Shown: positions 1-7,430, counted from the first letter of the stretch. The stretch: 64,000 nucleotides of DNA from an uncultured bacterium (GCA_937903035.1 CALCZP010000004.1:12570-76569); one strand, 5' to 3'. Notes: a model not told the origin generated them from the letters alone. Numbers and translations: made by a program.

Positions 1-221
1 TTCTCTTTAATAAGAGTAAGTAGTTGGCTTTCACTCATGTCATTTACCAAAGCGACACCTTCAGAAAGAGCACTGTCCATTTTCTTAAGAAATTCTTTAT
101 CATCTTTTCGCCAACGATAAACACTATTACGAGATAGTCCTGTTTTCTCACATGCAACTTGAACTATTGGCACCTTCCGAAGTTCATCAAGGAACTGATC
201 TTGAAATTTATTCTTTTTCAT
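1..221 (-). CDS. Partial HTH protein resembling a phage terminase small subunit. The N-terminus is in the window and the C-terminus runs off the left edge.
   Basis: ATG at 219-221 (minus) gives MKKNKFQDQFLDELRKVPIVQVACEKTGLSRNSVYRWRKDDKEFLKKMDSAL..., an HTH pattern ('ACEKxGISRxTxYRWRK') typical of TerS-like proteins. It overlaps the stop of the upstream methylase by 14 nt. Confidence 0.4.
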   Translation of the reverse strand, partial: MKKNKFQDQFLDELRKVPIVQVACEKTGLSRNSVYRWRKDDKEFLKKMDSALSEGVALVNDMSESQLLTLIKE

Positions 222-1485
222 AGAAGTTCTTGATTACCTGTGCTTTGCGACCAGTTAATTTTTCGTATCTGCGAATTGCCAAATCGCAGAACACAGGTTC
301 TATCTCTAGGGAATAGACCTTTCGCCCAAGTTGTTCTGCACAGATCATGGTGCTTGCGGATCCAGAGAAGGCGTCAAAAATAATGTCTCCTGGTTTGGTG
401 CAACGCATAATAAACTTATGGTGGAGTTCAGGATTTTTACTTGTTGCATGCTCCATTTGATTTGCAGGAAGTCGTTTTGTCGCCCAGATATTTGAGATAT
501 CTTCTAGAAGCTGATTGCCAGTTCCGTAGTCTTTGTTTTGTACTTCGTTGAGATTTTTTACGAGATCAGAAATATATGGAGACCCTTTTGTGCCATACAC
601 GCAATACTCGAGGCACTTATTGAACGCCACGGTAGGTGTCGGCGATGAATTGTTTTTGATCCAGACATTGAGCCGTCTATTCTTAACTTCATGCTCCATA
701 TAGAGTGTTTGAAATACCCACACCCACGCTTCATCGCACCAGAAAGCGACGTGTACGTCCTTAGTAGATACAGCTAGTGAAGACTTAAGAACTTTGCGAA
801 TAAATTCTTTGTATTCTTCAGGTGATTGGTTGTCGTCAAATGTGCCACCATAGTTGGATTTATTGCCAACCCCTTTGTCATATGAAAGTCCGATATTAAA
901 GGGTGGGTCATTATATATAGCGGTAGCTTTATCATCGCCAAATAGTTTTTTAACGGCATTTATATCGGTTGAACTAGCACATAATAATTTGTGACCACCC
1001 ATGACAATCAGATCACCAGGTTTTGTTTGTGGTGTTTTGATTTTCTTTAATTCTTTCTCAACATCGAATTTATCGTCTTTAGTATCTTTTTCTTCGTCCC
1101 AAAACTTAACCAATTCTTTTTCGTTGAATCCAGCGAACTGTAAAAGCTCTAGATCAAATGACTTGAGCTTTTCAAAATCCCATTCGCCGTCGTTAATATT
1201 GCTTTCGATCGCAATCTTGCGACGTTCTTCGTCAGTCAATTTACGATCAGGAATCAACACATTTACTTGCTTAATACCGAGCTGTATCAAAGCAGTTTTT
1301 CTTTGATTACCTGAAATAATCGTATTGTCTGTATCAATAACGATTACACTATGAAAACCACTTTGAATGATCTTCTCTTTTAATTTTTCCATAGCGACCC
1401 GTGAGATTTTTCTTGGATTTTCTTTCCAAGGGAGCAGGTCTGTGACATCTCGAACTCCTGTTGTCCATGAAGGTTTTTTATTCAT
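208..1485 (-). CDS. ParB-like nuclease domain fused to a beta-class amino-DNA methyltransferase (N6-A/N4-C type)
   Basis: The N-terminal region is ParB/Srx-like. Motif IV 'YNDPPFNIG' precedes motif I 'FDAFSGSAST', which is the beta-class order. ParB-MTase fusions are typical of phage and mobile DNA. Confidence 0.8.
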   Translation of the reverse strand: MNKKPSWTTGVRDVTDLLPWKENPRKISRVAMEKLKEKIIQSGFHSVIVIDTDNTIISGNQRKTALIQLGIKQVNVLIPDRKLTDEERRKIAIESNINDGEWDFEKLKSFDLELLQFAGFNEKELVKFWDEEKDTKDDKFDVEKELKKIKTPQTKPGDLIVMGGHKLLCASSTDINAVKKLFGDDKATAIYNDPPFNIGLSYDKGVGNKSNYGGTFDDNQSPEEYKEFIRKVLKSSLAVSTKDVHVAFWCDEAWVWVFQTLYMEHEVKNRRLNVWIKNNSSPTPTVAFNKCLEYCVYGTKGSPYISDLVKNLNEVQNKDYGTGNQLLEDISNIWATKRLPANQMEHATSKNPELHHKFIMRCTKPGDIIFDAFSGSASTMICAEQLGRKVYSLEIEPVFCDLAIRRYEKLTGRKAQVIKNFYEKE

Positions 1486-1659
1486 AGAGTTTTTATTTAA
1501 TTACTTATAAATTTGTAGATGACTAATCTACTAACTCCATGAAATCAAAAAGGTACATAGTCATGTAATCACCACAAAATTGAGTAGTATAAAGAAAAAA
1601 CGCCTATTTAAAGGCGATTTTTCAAAGTTATCCACTCAACTTGGTGTCAACTTAGGAAT

Positions 1660-2292
1660 TTATTCTTTTTCTATGTGGATTTTTGGATTGATACGATACC
1701 CAGATCCTTTCTTTCCTTGAATGAGTTTCGTCTTCTTAGGAAGTCTTAGAGTGTTTATTGCGTAATCATTAAAAGTCTGAACCATTTTTGCTACCGCTTG
1801 TGATGAGGGGCAAGAGAGTATTCTTTGTAAGTCTTTTGTTTGTATATATGCATCTCGGTCAAGTAATGTTTCAAGTAATTTCTTTCTTTTTCCATTTTCA
1901 GTAAGGTCATATGAAAATAGTTTGCCGCCTAAATGTCTATCGAGCGATCCGTTATCTCTGTCGTAGATAATCACGTTACTATCTTGGCTTGAAGATAGAA
2001 GTCGCTTGTGATTTTTATTCAACTCCTGAAGTTCTTCTAAGATGTCATATTCAACAGGGCGACGATATACTATGGCTGGATATTCTACTGGCTCAAAAAG
2101 TTTTGCTTGTTCGCGAACGCGATTCATTTGTTCAATAATTGGTTGTGCAACTTTTTTGATATTTTCAATCATTTCAGCATGTCTTTTACCAATCTCTTGA
2201 AATTGAGAAATCTGCCCCTCACTTAAAGTAGGGGGATGTATTTTTGCCACCAGTTCACCAACAGTCATTGGTTTTTTCTGCTCGTCTGCCAT
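1660..2292 (-). CDS. Hypothetical regulator with a C-terminal OmpR-like winged helix, divergent from the LexA-like gene
   Basis: 210-aa ORF. The C-terminus '...KLIQGKKGSGYRINPKI' resembles a wHTH recognition wing. A hairpin terminator lies downstream. Confidence 0.4.
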   Translation of the reverse strand: MADEQKKPMTVGELVAKIHPPTLSEGQISQFQEIGKRHAEMIENIKKVAQPIIEQMNRVREQAKLFEPVEYPAIVYRRPVEYDILEELQELNKNHKRLLSSSQDSNVIIYDRDNGSLDRHLGGKLFSYDLTENGKRKKLLETLLDRDAYIQTKDLQRILSCPSSQAVAKMVQTFNDYAINTLRLPKKTKLIQGKKGSGYRINPKIHIEKE

Positions 2293-2350
2293 GTAGTTAT
2301 GATAGCAAATACTTGCTTTTTTGTATAGAGTAATTTATACTATTTATACC

Positions 2351-2968
2351 ATGACAAATAACCTAAGTGATAAAGATAAAAAAGCGTTTGCCCTTATCCG
2401 TAACAAGATTGTTCATTATGGCAAAAGTCCTACACTTAGTGAGATTAACGAGGTTACAGGTGGAGCTTCTCCACGATCTGCAAGCCTAGTAATTAATCGA
2501 CTAATCGATGCAGGACTTATAAAGAAAATCGGGCGACAACTTATCCTTACTGGATCACAGACAACAGCTTCAATAAGCACAGTTGATGTTCCGTTGGTTG
2601 GTGCTGTGACTTGTGGTGCTCCTGTTCTTGCCGAAGAAAATATTCAAGCACTAATTCCTGTCTCAACAGGTTTAGCAAAGAAAGGATCGAAATATTTTCT
2701 TTTGCGTGCTATGGGTGACTCGATGAATCTTGCGGGTATTAATAGTGGAGATCTGCTTTTGATTCGACAGCAAGATACAGCAGAAGATAATGAAAAAGTT
2801 GTTGCTCTTATAAATGACGAAGCAACCGTCAAAGTGTTCAAGAAAGCGAATGGTGCCGTTGTACTTCAACCGAAATCAACAAACAAAAACCACAAGCCGA
2901 TTATATTAACAGATAACTGCATCATACAAGGAGTAGTCGTTGCTGTACTTCCTGGTGATCTATATTAA
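2351..2968 (+). CDS. lexA: LexA-type repressor / S24 family autopeptidase (LexA or phage CI-like)
   Basis: The N-terminal domain resembles the LexA DNA-binding domain ('KKAFALIRNKIVHYGKSPTLSEINEVTGGASPRSASLVINRLIDAGLI'). A 'VGAVTCGAP' Ala-Gly cleavage region, the catalytic Ser in 'GDSM' and a Lys in 'KVFKK' are present. The start was moved to the ATG at 2351. Confidence 0.75.
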   Translation: MTNNLSDKDKKAFALIRNKIVHYGKSPTLSEINEVTGGASPRSASLVINRLIDAGLIKKIGRQLILTGSQTTASISTVDVPLVGAVTCGAPVLAEENIQALIPVSTGLAKKGSKYFLLRAMGDSMNLAGINSGDLLLIRQQDTAEDNEKVVALINDEATVKVFKKANGAVVLQPKSTNKNHKPIILTDNCIIQGVVVAVLPGDLY

Positions 2969-2972
2969 AAAT

Positions 2973-3200
2973 ATGGCAAAAAATATTCACACTGTTTACA
3001 ACTCAGAGCGTGGGATGTGGGAAAATAAAAAAGAAGGCTCTTCTTCTCCTGTTTCTTCGCACCACACAAAAGAAAATGCTCTTGATAGAGCAGAAAATAT
3101 TGCTGAAAAAGCAAAGGTCGAACATTTTATTCATGGTAAAGACGGAAAAATCCAGGAGCGTAACAGCTATGGAAACGATCCTTTCCCACCACGGGGTTAA
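2973..3200 (+). CDS. DUF2188 family small protein
   Basis: '...HGKDGKIQERNSYGNDPFPPRG' is the signature C-terminus of DUF2188/YjzC-like proteins. It starts 5 nt after the lexA-like stop and ends 6 nt before the next gene. Confidence 0.6.
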   Translation: MAKNIHTVYNSERGMWENKKEGSSSPVSSHHTKENALDRAENIAEKAKVEHFIHGKDGKIQERNSYGNDPFPPRG

Positions 3201-3206
3201 AACACT

Positions 3207-4130
3207 ATGGCTATTCCGCTTTCTCAACTGACAACATGGTCAAATCAGGGTGCTACTGTTTCAGCAAAAACAACACACGAATCTATTCGGACGGCACTAA
3301 CACACGATCAATCTCCACTTAAAGATCGTATCAGTAACGGCTCGGTAAAAATCTATCTCCAAGGATCGTATAAAAATGATACAAACATTCGAGCAGATAG
3401 CGATGTGGATGTAGTTGTCGAACTAACAACCACATTTGGTCATAATGCACACGAACTTCCTTATGATCAGAAAAATGCTCATGATCAGGCATACAGTAGT
3501 GCTGTTTATGATTGGCAAGATTTACGCAGAGATGTTATCTCTGCTCTGACTAAATATTACGGACTACTATCTGTTGATACAAGTGGTAATAAGTCAATTA
3601 AACTCAAACCTTCTTCAGGAAGGCTAAAGGCTGATATTGTTCCTGTTATAAATTATCGAAAATATGATTATTTTTATGGTACCACTAGCCATAATGCAGA
3701 AGAGGGTGTGAAGTTTTATCATCGCACAACAAATCGCGGAATTATAAATTATCCAGAGCACCACTATCAAAATGGAGTTAATAAAAATTCAGATACTCGT
3801 ACAGGTGGGCGTTTTAAACCAACAGTACGAATTTTCAAGAATATGAGAAACCATCTTGTTGATACAGGTAAACTTGCCGACGGTGTAGCACCATCATATT
3901 TCTTGCAGTCATTAGTTTATAATGTCCCTGATGAGCACTTCAATGGTGATAATTCCACAACCGTGCACGCCGTATTAAAACATCTCTGGTCTGCATTACC
4001 TTTGGGACAATGTGTGTGTCAAAACCATTTTCATGAATTATTTGGTGAAAGCGAGGAGCAATGGAATCAAGATGATGCGGTAAAAACTATTAGTGCTTTT
4101 GTAGAGCTTTGGGATAACTGGAATCAATAA
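3207..4130 (+). CDS. cGAS/DncV-like nucleotidyltransferase (CD-NTase / SMODS domain)
   Basis: 'IYLQGSYKNDTNIRADSDVDVVVEL' matches the [hQT]GS...DxD pol-beta NTase motif. The third acidic residue is in 'KADIVPV', and a helical C-terminal region follows ('PSYFLQSLVYNVP'). Confidence 0.7.
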   Translation: MAIPLSQLTTWSNQGATVSAKTTHESIRTALTHDQSPLKDRISNGSVKIYLQGSYKNDTNIRADSDVDVVVELTTTFGHNAHELPYDQKNAHDQAYSSAVYDWQDLRRDVISALTKYYGLLSVDTSGNKSIKLKPSSGRLKADIVPVINYRKYDYFYGTTSHNAEEGVKFYHRTTNRGIINYPEHHYQNGVNKNSDTRTGGRFKPTVRIFKNMRNHLVDTGKLADGVAPSYFLQSLVYNVPDEHFNGDNSTTVHAVLKHLWSALPLGQCVCQNHFHELFGESEEQWNQDDAVKTISAFVELWDNWNQ

Positions 4131-4132
4131 TT

Positions 4133-4732
4133 ATGCAAAATATACACCCATATTCAATAAATTCTGAAGAACACAAGTATGTATCGCTCTACCTTGCGGT
4201 ATTATCCATATTACTTGCTTGGGGTTTATATCTTTTCTCAAAAAATGTCTTTGTGCTTCCGTGGTGGATTGAGGCTCCTTCGGTGATTGGTTTTTACGGA
4301 ATTTTACATAAGTGGTTCGAGACTAAGTTATGGAGAAATAATTTTATTCGTAAAATTACTAGTATAAAAACTCCTATCGTAGATGGAAATTGGTCTGGAA
4401 CCATAACATCTCATTCAAATCATGCTAACGGTCCAATACAGATTAAGAAATTTTGTATTAAACAAACGTGGACTCATCTACTTATTTATCTAGAAACAGA
4501 AACATCCGAATCTTTCAGTTTTGAGGCATCAATGAATGTTGATGAGTTTGGAACGGCTCGAATACATTATCAATACAGAAACAAACCAAAAGATAATGCT
4601 CCCGAAAGTATGCACATACATGAAGGATCAGCATCTGCAAAACTAGAAGATGAAGGAACGCTTCAAACAGAGTATTACTCAGGTAGAGATCGTAACAATA
4701 CAGGCTCTTTTGAAGTTAAAAAGTTACAATAG
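4133..4732 (+). CDS. Two-transmembrane effector (SLATT / Cap15-like) with a beta-rich C-terminal domain
   Basis: Two hydrophobic helices (LYLAVLSILLAWGLYLF and APSVIGFYGILHKWF) are followed by a ~130-aa soluble domain. The gene starts 2 nt after the CD-NTase stop, so it is in the same operon. Confidence 0.6.
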   Translation: MQNIHPYSINSEEHKYVSLYLAVLSILLAWGLYLFSKNVFVLPWWIEAPSVIGFYGILHKWFETKLWRNNFIRKITSIKTPIVDGNWSGTITSHSNHANGPIQIKKFCIKQTWTHLLIYLETETSESFSFEASMNVDEFGTARIHYQYRNKPKDNAPESMHIHEGSASAKLEDEGTLQTEYYSGRDRNNTGSFEVKKLQ

Positions 4733-4757
4733 ATTGTAACTTTTATAGTCAATCCTG

Positions 4758-4784
4758 TGTCACTTTTGTCACTTTTTATCACTC
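4758..4784 (+). repeat. Three closely spaced direct repeats, GTCACTTTT / GTCACTTTTT / ATCACTCG (candidate iterons or operator)
   Basis: Read directly from the sequence just downstream of the 2TM gene stop. They are followed by TATAAT-like 'gatataat' at about 4796-4803. Confidence 0.4.
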
Positions 4785-4875
4785 GACAAGGGTCGATCTG
4801 ATATAATTAGAAAAGCTAAAAAAGCTTTGTGGTGCAATGAATCCCAAGGTCGCACCACGACTAGGCTCACAAAGC

Positions 4876-4903
4876 AAAAAGCGCTTCGCAAGAGGCGCTT
4901 TTT
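4876..4903. terminator. Rho-independent terminator hairpin, bidirectional
   Basis: AAAAAGCGC-ttcgcaagag-GCGCTTTTT, with T/A runs on both sides. Confidence 0.6.
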
Positions 4904-5095
4904 GCTTTGTGATTTTTTCAGCATATATGTTGAAAAAAGAATCGAACCGGGAAAGGGTCGGGAAACGGGAGTTTCCCGTGGAGGAAGGCAGGCGAAGCCG
5001 TTGGAAAACCGTGGGTTTCCAAAGTGTGAGATAATGAAATGTCCCCGTAGGGTCACTATTTAGAGAGCCCTCGAGAAGCGTCATAATAAATTACT

Positions 5096-5785
5096 ATGAA
5101 AAGACAAAACAACATACAAGCACAAATTAAAAGAGCCTCAGAAATTTTACCGAAAATCGAACAAGAATATAATAACTCTCTACACAAAAAAGAAGTTAGT
5201 GACGATTTAAAATTGGATATTCAAACTTTTTTAGGACACTTAAGATCTGCCTTAGATTACTTATCAAAGGATATAATTGAAAAATATTGTCCTAATGTAG
5301 ATAAATCATATTTCCCAATTAGGCATGACAAAAATTCTTTTATGAAAATGATGTCCGAATCTTATCCGGAGCTTATTTCACATTCTCCTGCTCTATACTC
5401 ATATCTGGAATCAATACAGCCATATACTAATTCGGATAACTCATGGCTAGCTCATTTCAATAAACTTAATAATGAAAACAAACATAACGATTTAGTTGAA
5501 CAAATACGAACAGAAACCGAGAGGGTTAATGTGGAGATTAATGGGGGTGGTAGTGTAAATTGGGACCCTTCGGCAGTTAGATTTAGTGGACCAGGTGTTT
5601 ATATAGGAGGAGTTCCTGTGGATTTTAATACTCAAATACCAGTACAATCAAATACTCAAACTGTAACTATCCAAACATGGATTGATTTCAAATTTAGTGA
5701 TATTGAAACTTCTGCCCTTCACTTACTAAAAGAGTCACTAAGCAAAATAAAAGATATAAACACTGAGATTGTTAAATTTCTATAA
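5096..5785 (+). CDS. Hypothetical protein (229 aa), first gene of a low-GC cassette
   Basis: Long ORF in a very AT-rich segment. The N-terminal half looks helical and the C-terminal half is Gly/Val-rich. No motif was recognised. Confidence 0.5.
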   Translation: MKRQNNIQAQIKRASEILPKIEQEYNNSLHKKEVSDDLKLDIQTFLGHLRSALDYLSKDIIEKYCPNVDKSYFPIRHDKNSFMKMMSESYPELISHSPALYSYLESIQPYTNSDNSWLAHFNKLNNENKHNDLVEQIRTETERVNVEINGGGSVNWDPSAVRFSGPGVYIGGVPVDFNTQIPVQSNTQTVTIQTWIDFKFSDIETSALHLLKESLSKIKDINTEIVKFL

Positions 5786-5802
5786 TTATTGGAAATAATA
5801 TT

Positions 5803-6468
5803 ATGATTGGCGCAATATTAAAACTTTCATATAACCAAATTGGAGAAAATACTATTATTGGGGGTATATGTGGGACGTGTTTTGCTATTGATAGACATAG
5901 GTTACTAACAGCTGAACATATTATTTCTAAAAATAGTTTTACACCGGACAATGGCTTTGAGAAAGTGCGGTACTGGGCATTACTTGAGTCTGGTCAAAAT
6001 ATTGAGATATATAAAAATAACATAGAAAGTAAAAGAGAAAAAGATCTTAGTATTATAAAAACATCTAAATGGATAAATGGTAAAGTTCTAAAAGTAATAA
6101 ATTCTGAGACAAATATTAACTCAACATGTGGGAATTATGGATACACAGCAAGAACAATGCCTGACATAGATGGTGCTTGGAGTAAAAGAAAATTCAATAT
6201 TAAGTTCCATTCTTTACAAGAAAACAGAATTCATTCAAGCGGTTATGTTAAATCAATAAAAAATGCAGAAGTTAATACTAATGATTTAAATTTAAAATCA
6301 AGAATCCTAGAACTTAGTTATGGCGGTCGAGAAGGTATGTCGGGCGGCTGTTTACAAAATGAAAATAATGAAATAATTGGTTTGATGTCATTTGGGTTAC
6401 CTCCAGATCAAGCAGTAAAAAATATTCTATTCGCAGTTGATATAAGAGAAATTATAAATTATTTATAG
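5803..6468 (+). CDS. Trypsin-like (S1/chymotrypsin fold) serine protease with no signal peptide
   Basis: Catalytic triad context: His in 'LLTAEHII', Asp in 'DLSIIKT', Ser in 'GMSGGCL'. There is no N-terminal hydrophobic segment. Confidence 0.65.
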   Translation: MIGAILKLSYNQIGENTIIGGICGTCFAIDRHRLLTAEHIISKNSFTPDNGFEKVRYWALLESGQNIEIYKNNIESKREKDLSIIKTSKWINGKVLKVINSETNINSTCGNYGYTARTMPDIDGAWSKRKFNIKFHSLQENRIHSSGYVKSIKNAEVNTNDLNLKSRILELSYGGREGMSGGCLQNENNEIIGLMSFGLPPDQAVKNILFAVDIREIINYL

Positions 6469-6551
6469 CGCTCGAGAAGGGTCGAAGTGCAATACTAAAA
6501 AGCACCAGTAAACCTTACGGGGTAAAGTAACACTTGGTTCTATCTCGAGAA

Positions 6552-6601
6552 GGCTCACAAATACAAAACACCTCTTACGAGGTGTTTTGTATTTGTGAGC
6601 C
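6552..6601. terminator. Perfect inverted repeat of about 22 bp with a 5-nt loop, acting as a bidirectional terminator between convergent genes
   Basis: GGCTCACAAATACAAAACACCTC-ttacg-GAGGTGTTTTGTATTTGTGAGCC. A related hairpin with the same core, ACACCTCTT[AG]CGAGGTG, occurs at 17168-17214. Confidence 0.6.
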
Positions 6602-6632
6602 GGAGGGTAGTGTACAAAATAATTACTTAAGA

Positions 6633-7280
6633 TTAATTACTATATTTAATCTGCTGGTACTCTGCCATTAATGCATTATAAATATCTGTATATTTACTAT
6701 AAATATCATTTAATTCAGCATTTCGTTGTTCTATTGTTGAAATACCTGGAGCACTTTTCACAGCTGCCGAATCCTTTGCATATTTTGCATTAAGATTAGC
6801 AATCTGTAGATTTATAGCATCAAGCTTTTTTTGTTTATCAGCTATTTTTGCGTTTATAACATCTTGTTCTCTTTGTGCTTGTTTTTTTACAGTTTCTGCA
6901 TCCTTTAGCGCTTTTAATTCGATCAACCTATCTTCTTCTGTCTTAATCGAAGCAGCTCTCGCCAATTCATCTACTGTTTGTTTAACAACTAAGGCGTCGC
7001 TATCTTTTGCTTTAGATGTTACTTTTGTTTGTGCCTTAATAGCTGCTGAATTATCAACTTGAGAAGCAGTAAGAGATTCAGCGACCGGAGCAACTGAAGT
7101 ATTTTTAAGCGTTTTTTCAAGTTCATTAATTCTATTGTTTAACTCCTGTGTTTTAACATCTATTTTTGGAGTAAACGTCCAGTTATTGAACCATGTTTTT
7201 GGTTGCCACCAAGCAGCGTTTGTAACCGTAGGAAATGCTAAAAAAAATCCTAGAAATAATAGTGAAATTAATTTTTTCAT
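6633..7280 (-). CDS. Secreted Ala/Lys/Gln-rich coiled-coil protein
   Basis: Signal peptide MKKLISLLFLGFFLAFPTVTNA. The rest is a low-complexity, helix-forming sequence. Confidence 0.5.
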   Translation of the reverse strand: MKKLISLLFLGFFLAFPTVTNAAWWQPKTWFNNWTFTPKIDVKTQELNNRINELEKTLKNTSVAPVAESLTASQVDNSAAIKAQTKVTSKAKDSDALVVKQTVDELARAASIKTEEDRLIELKALKDAETVKKQAQREQDVINAKIADKQKKLDAINLQIANLNAKYAKDSAAVKSAPGISTIEQRNAELNDIYSKYTDIYNALMAEYQQIKYSN

Positions 7281-7430
7281 ACTTAAAAGTAATTATTAAA
7301 TGCCTAATCTCTTAATTATGCTACCAGATTGATTTTAGTCAATCATTTAAGTATTTAGATATAAGATTGTTTCAATTTGCTCCTAATTTGGTCGCAAAAA
7401 AAAGAAGCACCACTTAGTGCTTCTTTATGC

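Noticed and set aside
4900-4960. GGTTCGATTC (T-loop-like) on the minus strand that suggested a tRNA or tmRNA
   Set aside because: No complementary T-stem, acceptor stem or anticodon arm could be folded around it.
4769-5084. Four overlapping 65-101-aa ORFs on both strands in the gap after the 2TM effector gene
   Set aside because: They overlap one another in multiple frames, coincide with hairpins and terminators, and have no coding-like composition. The region is better explained as structured non-coding DNA or RNA.
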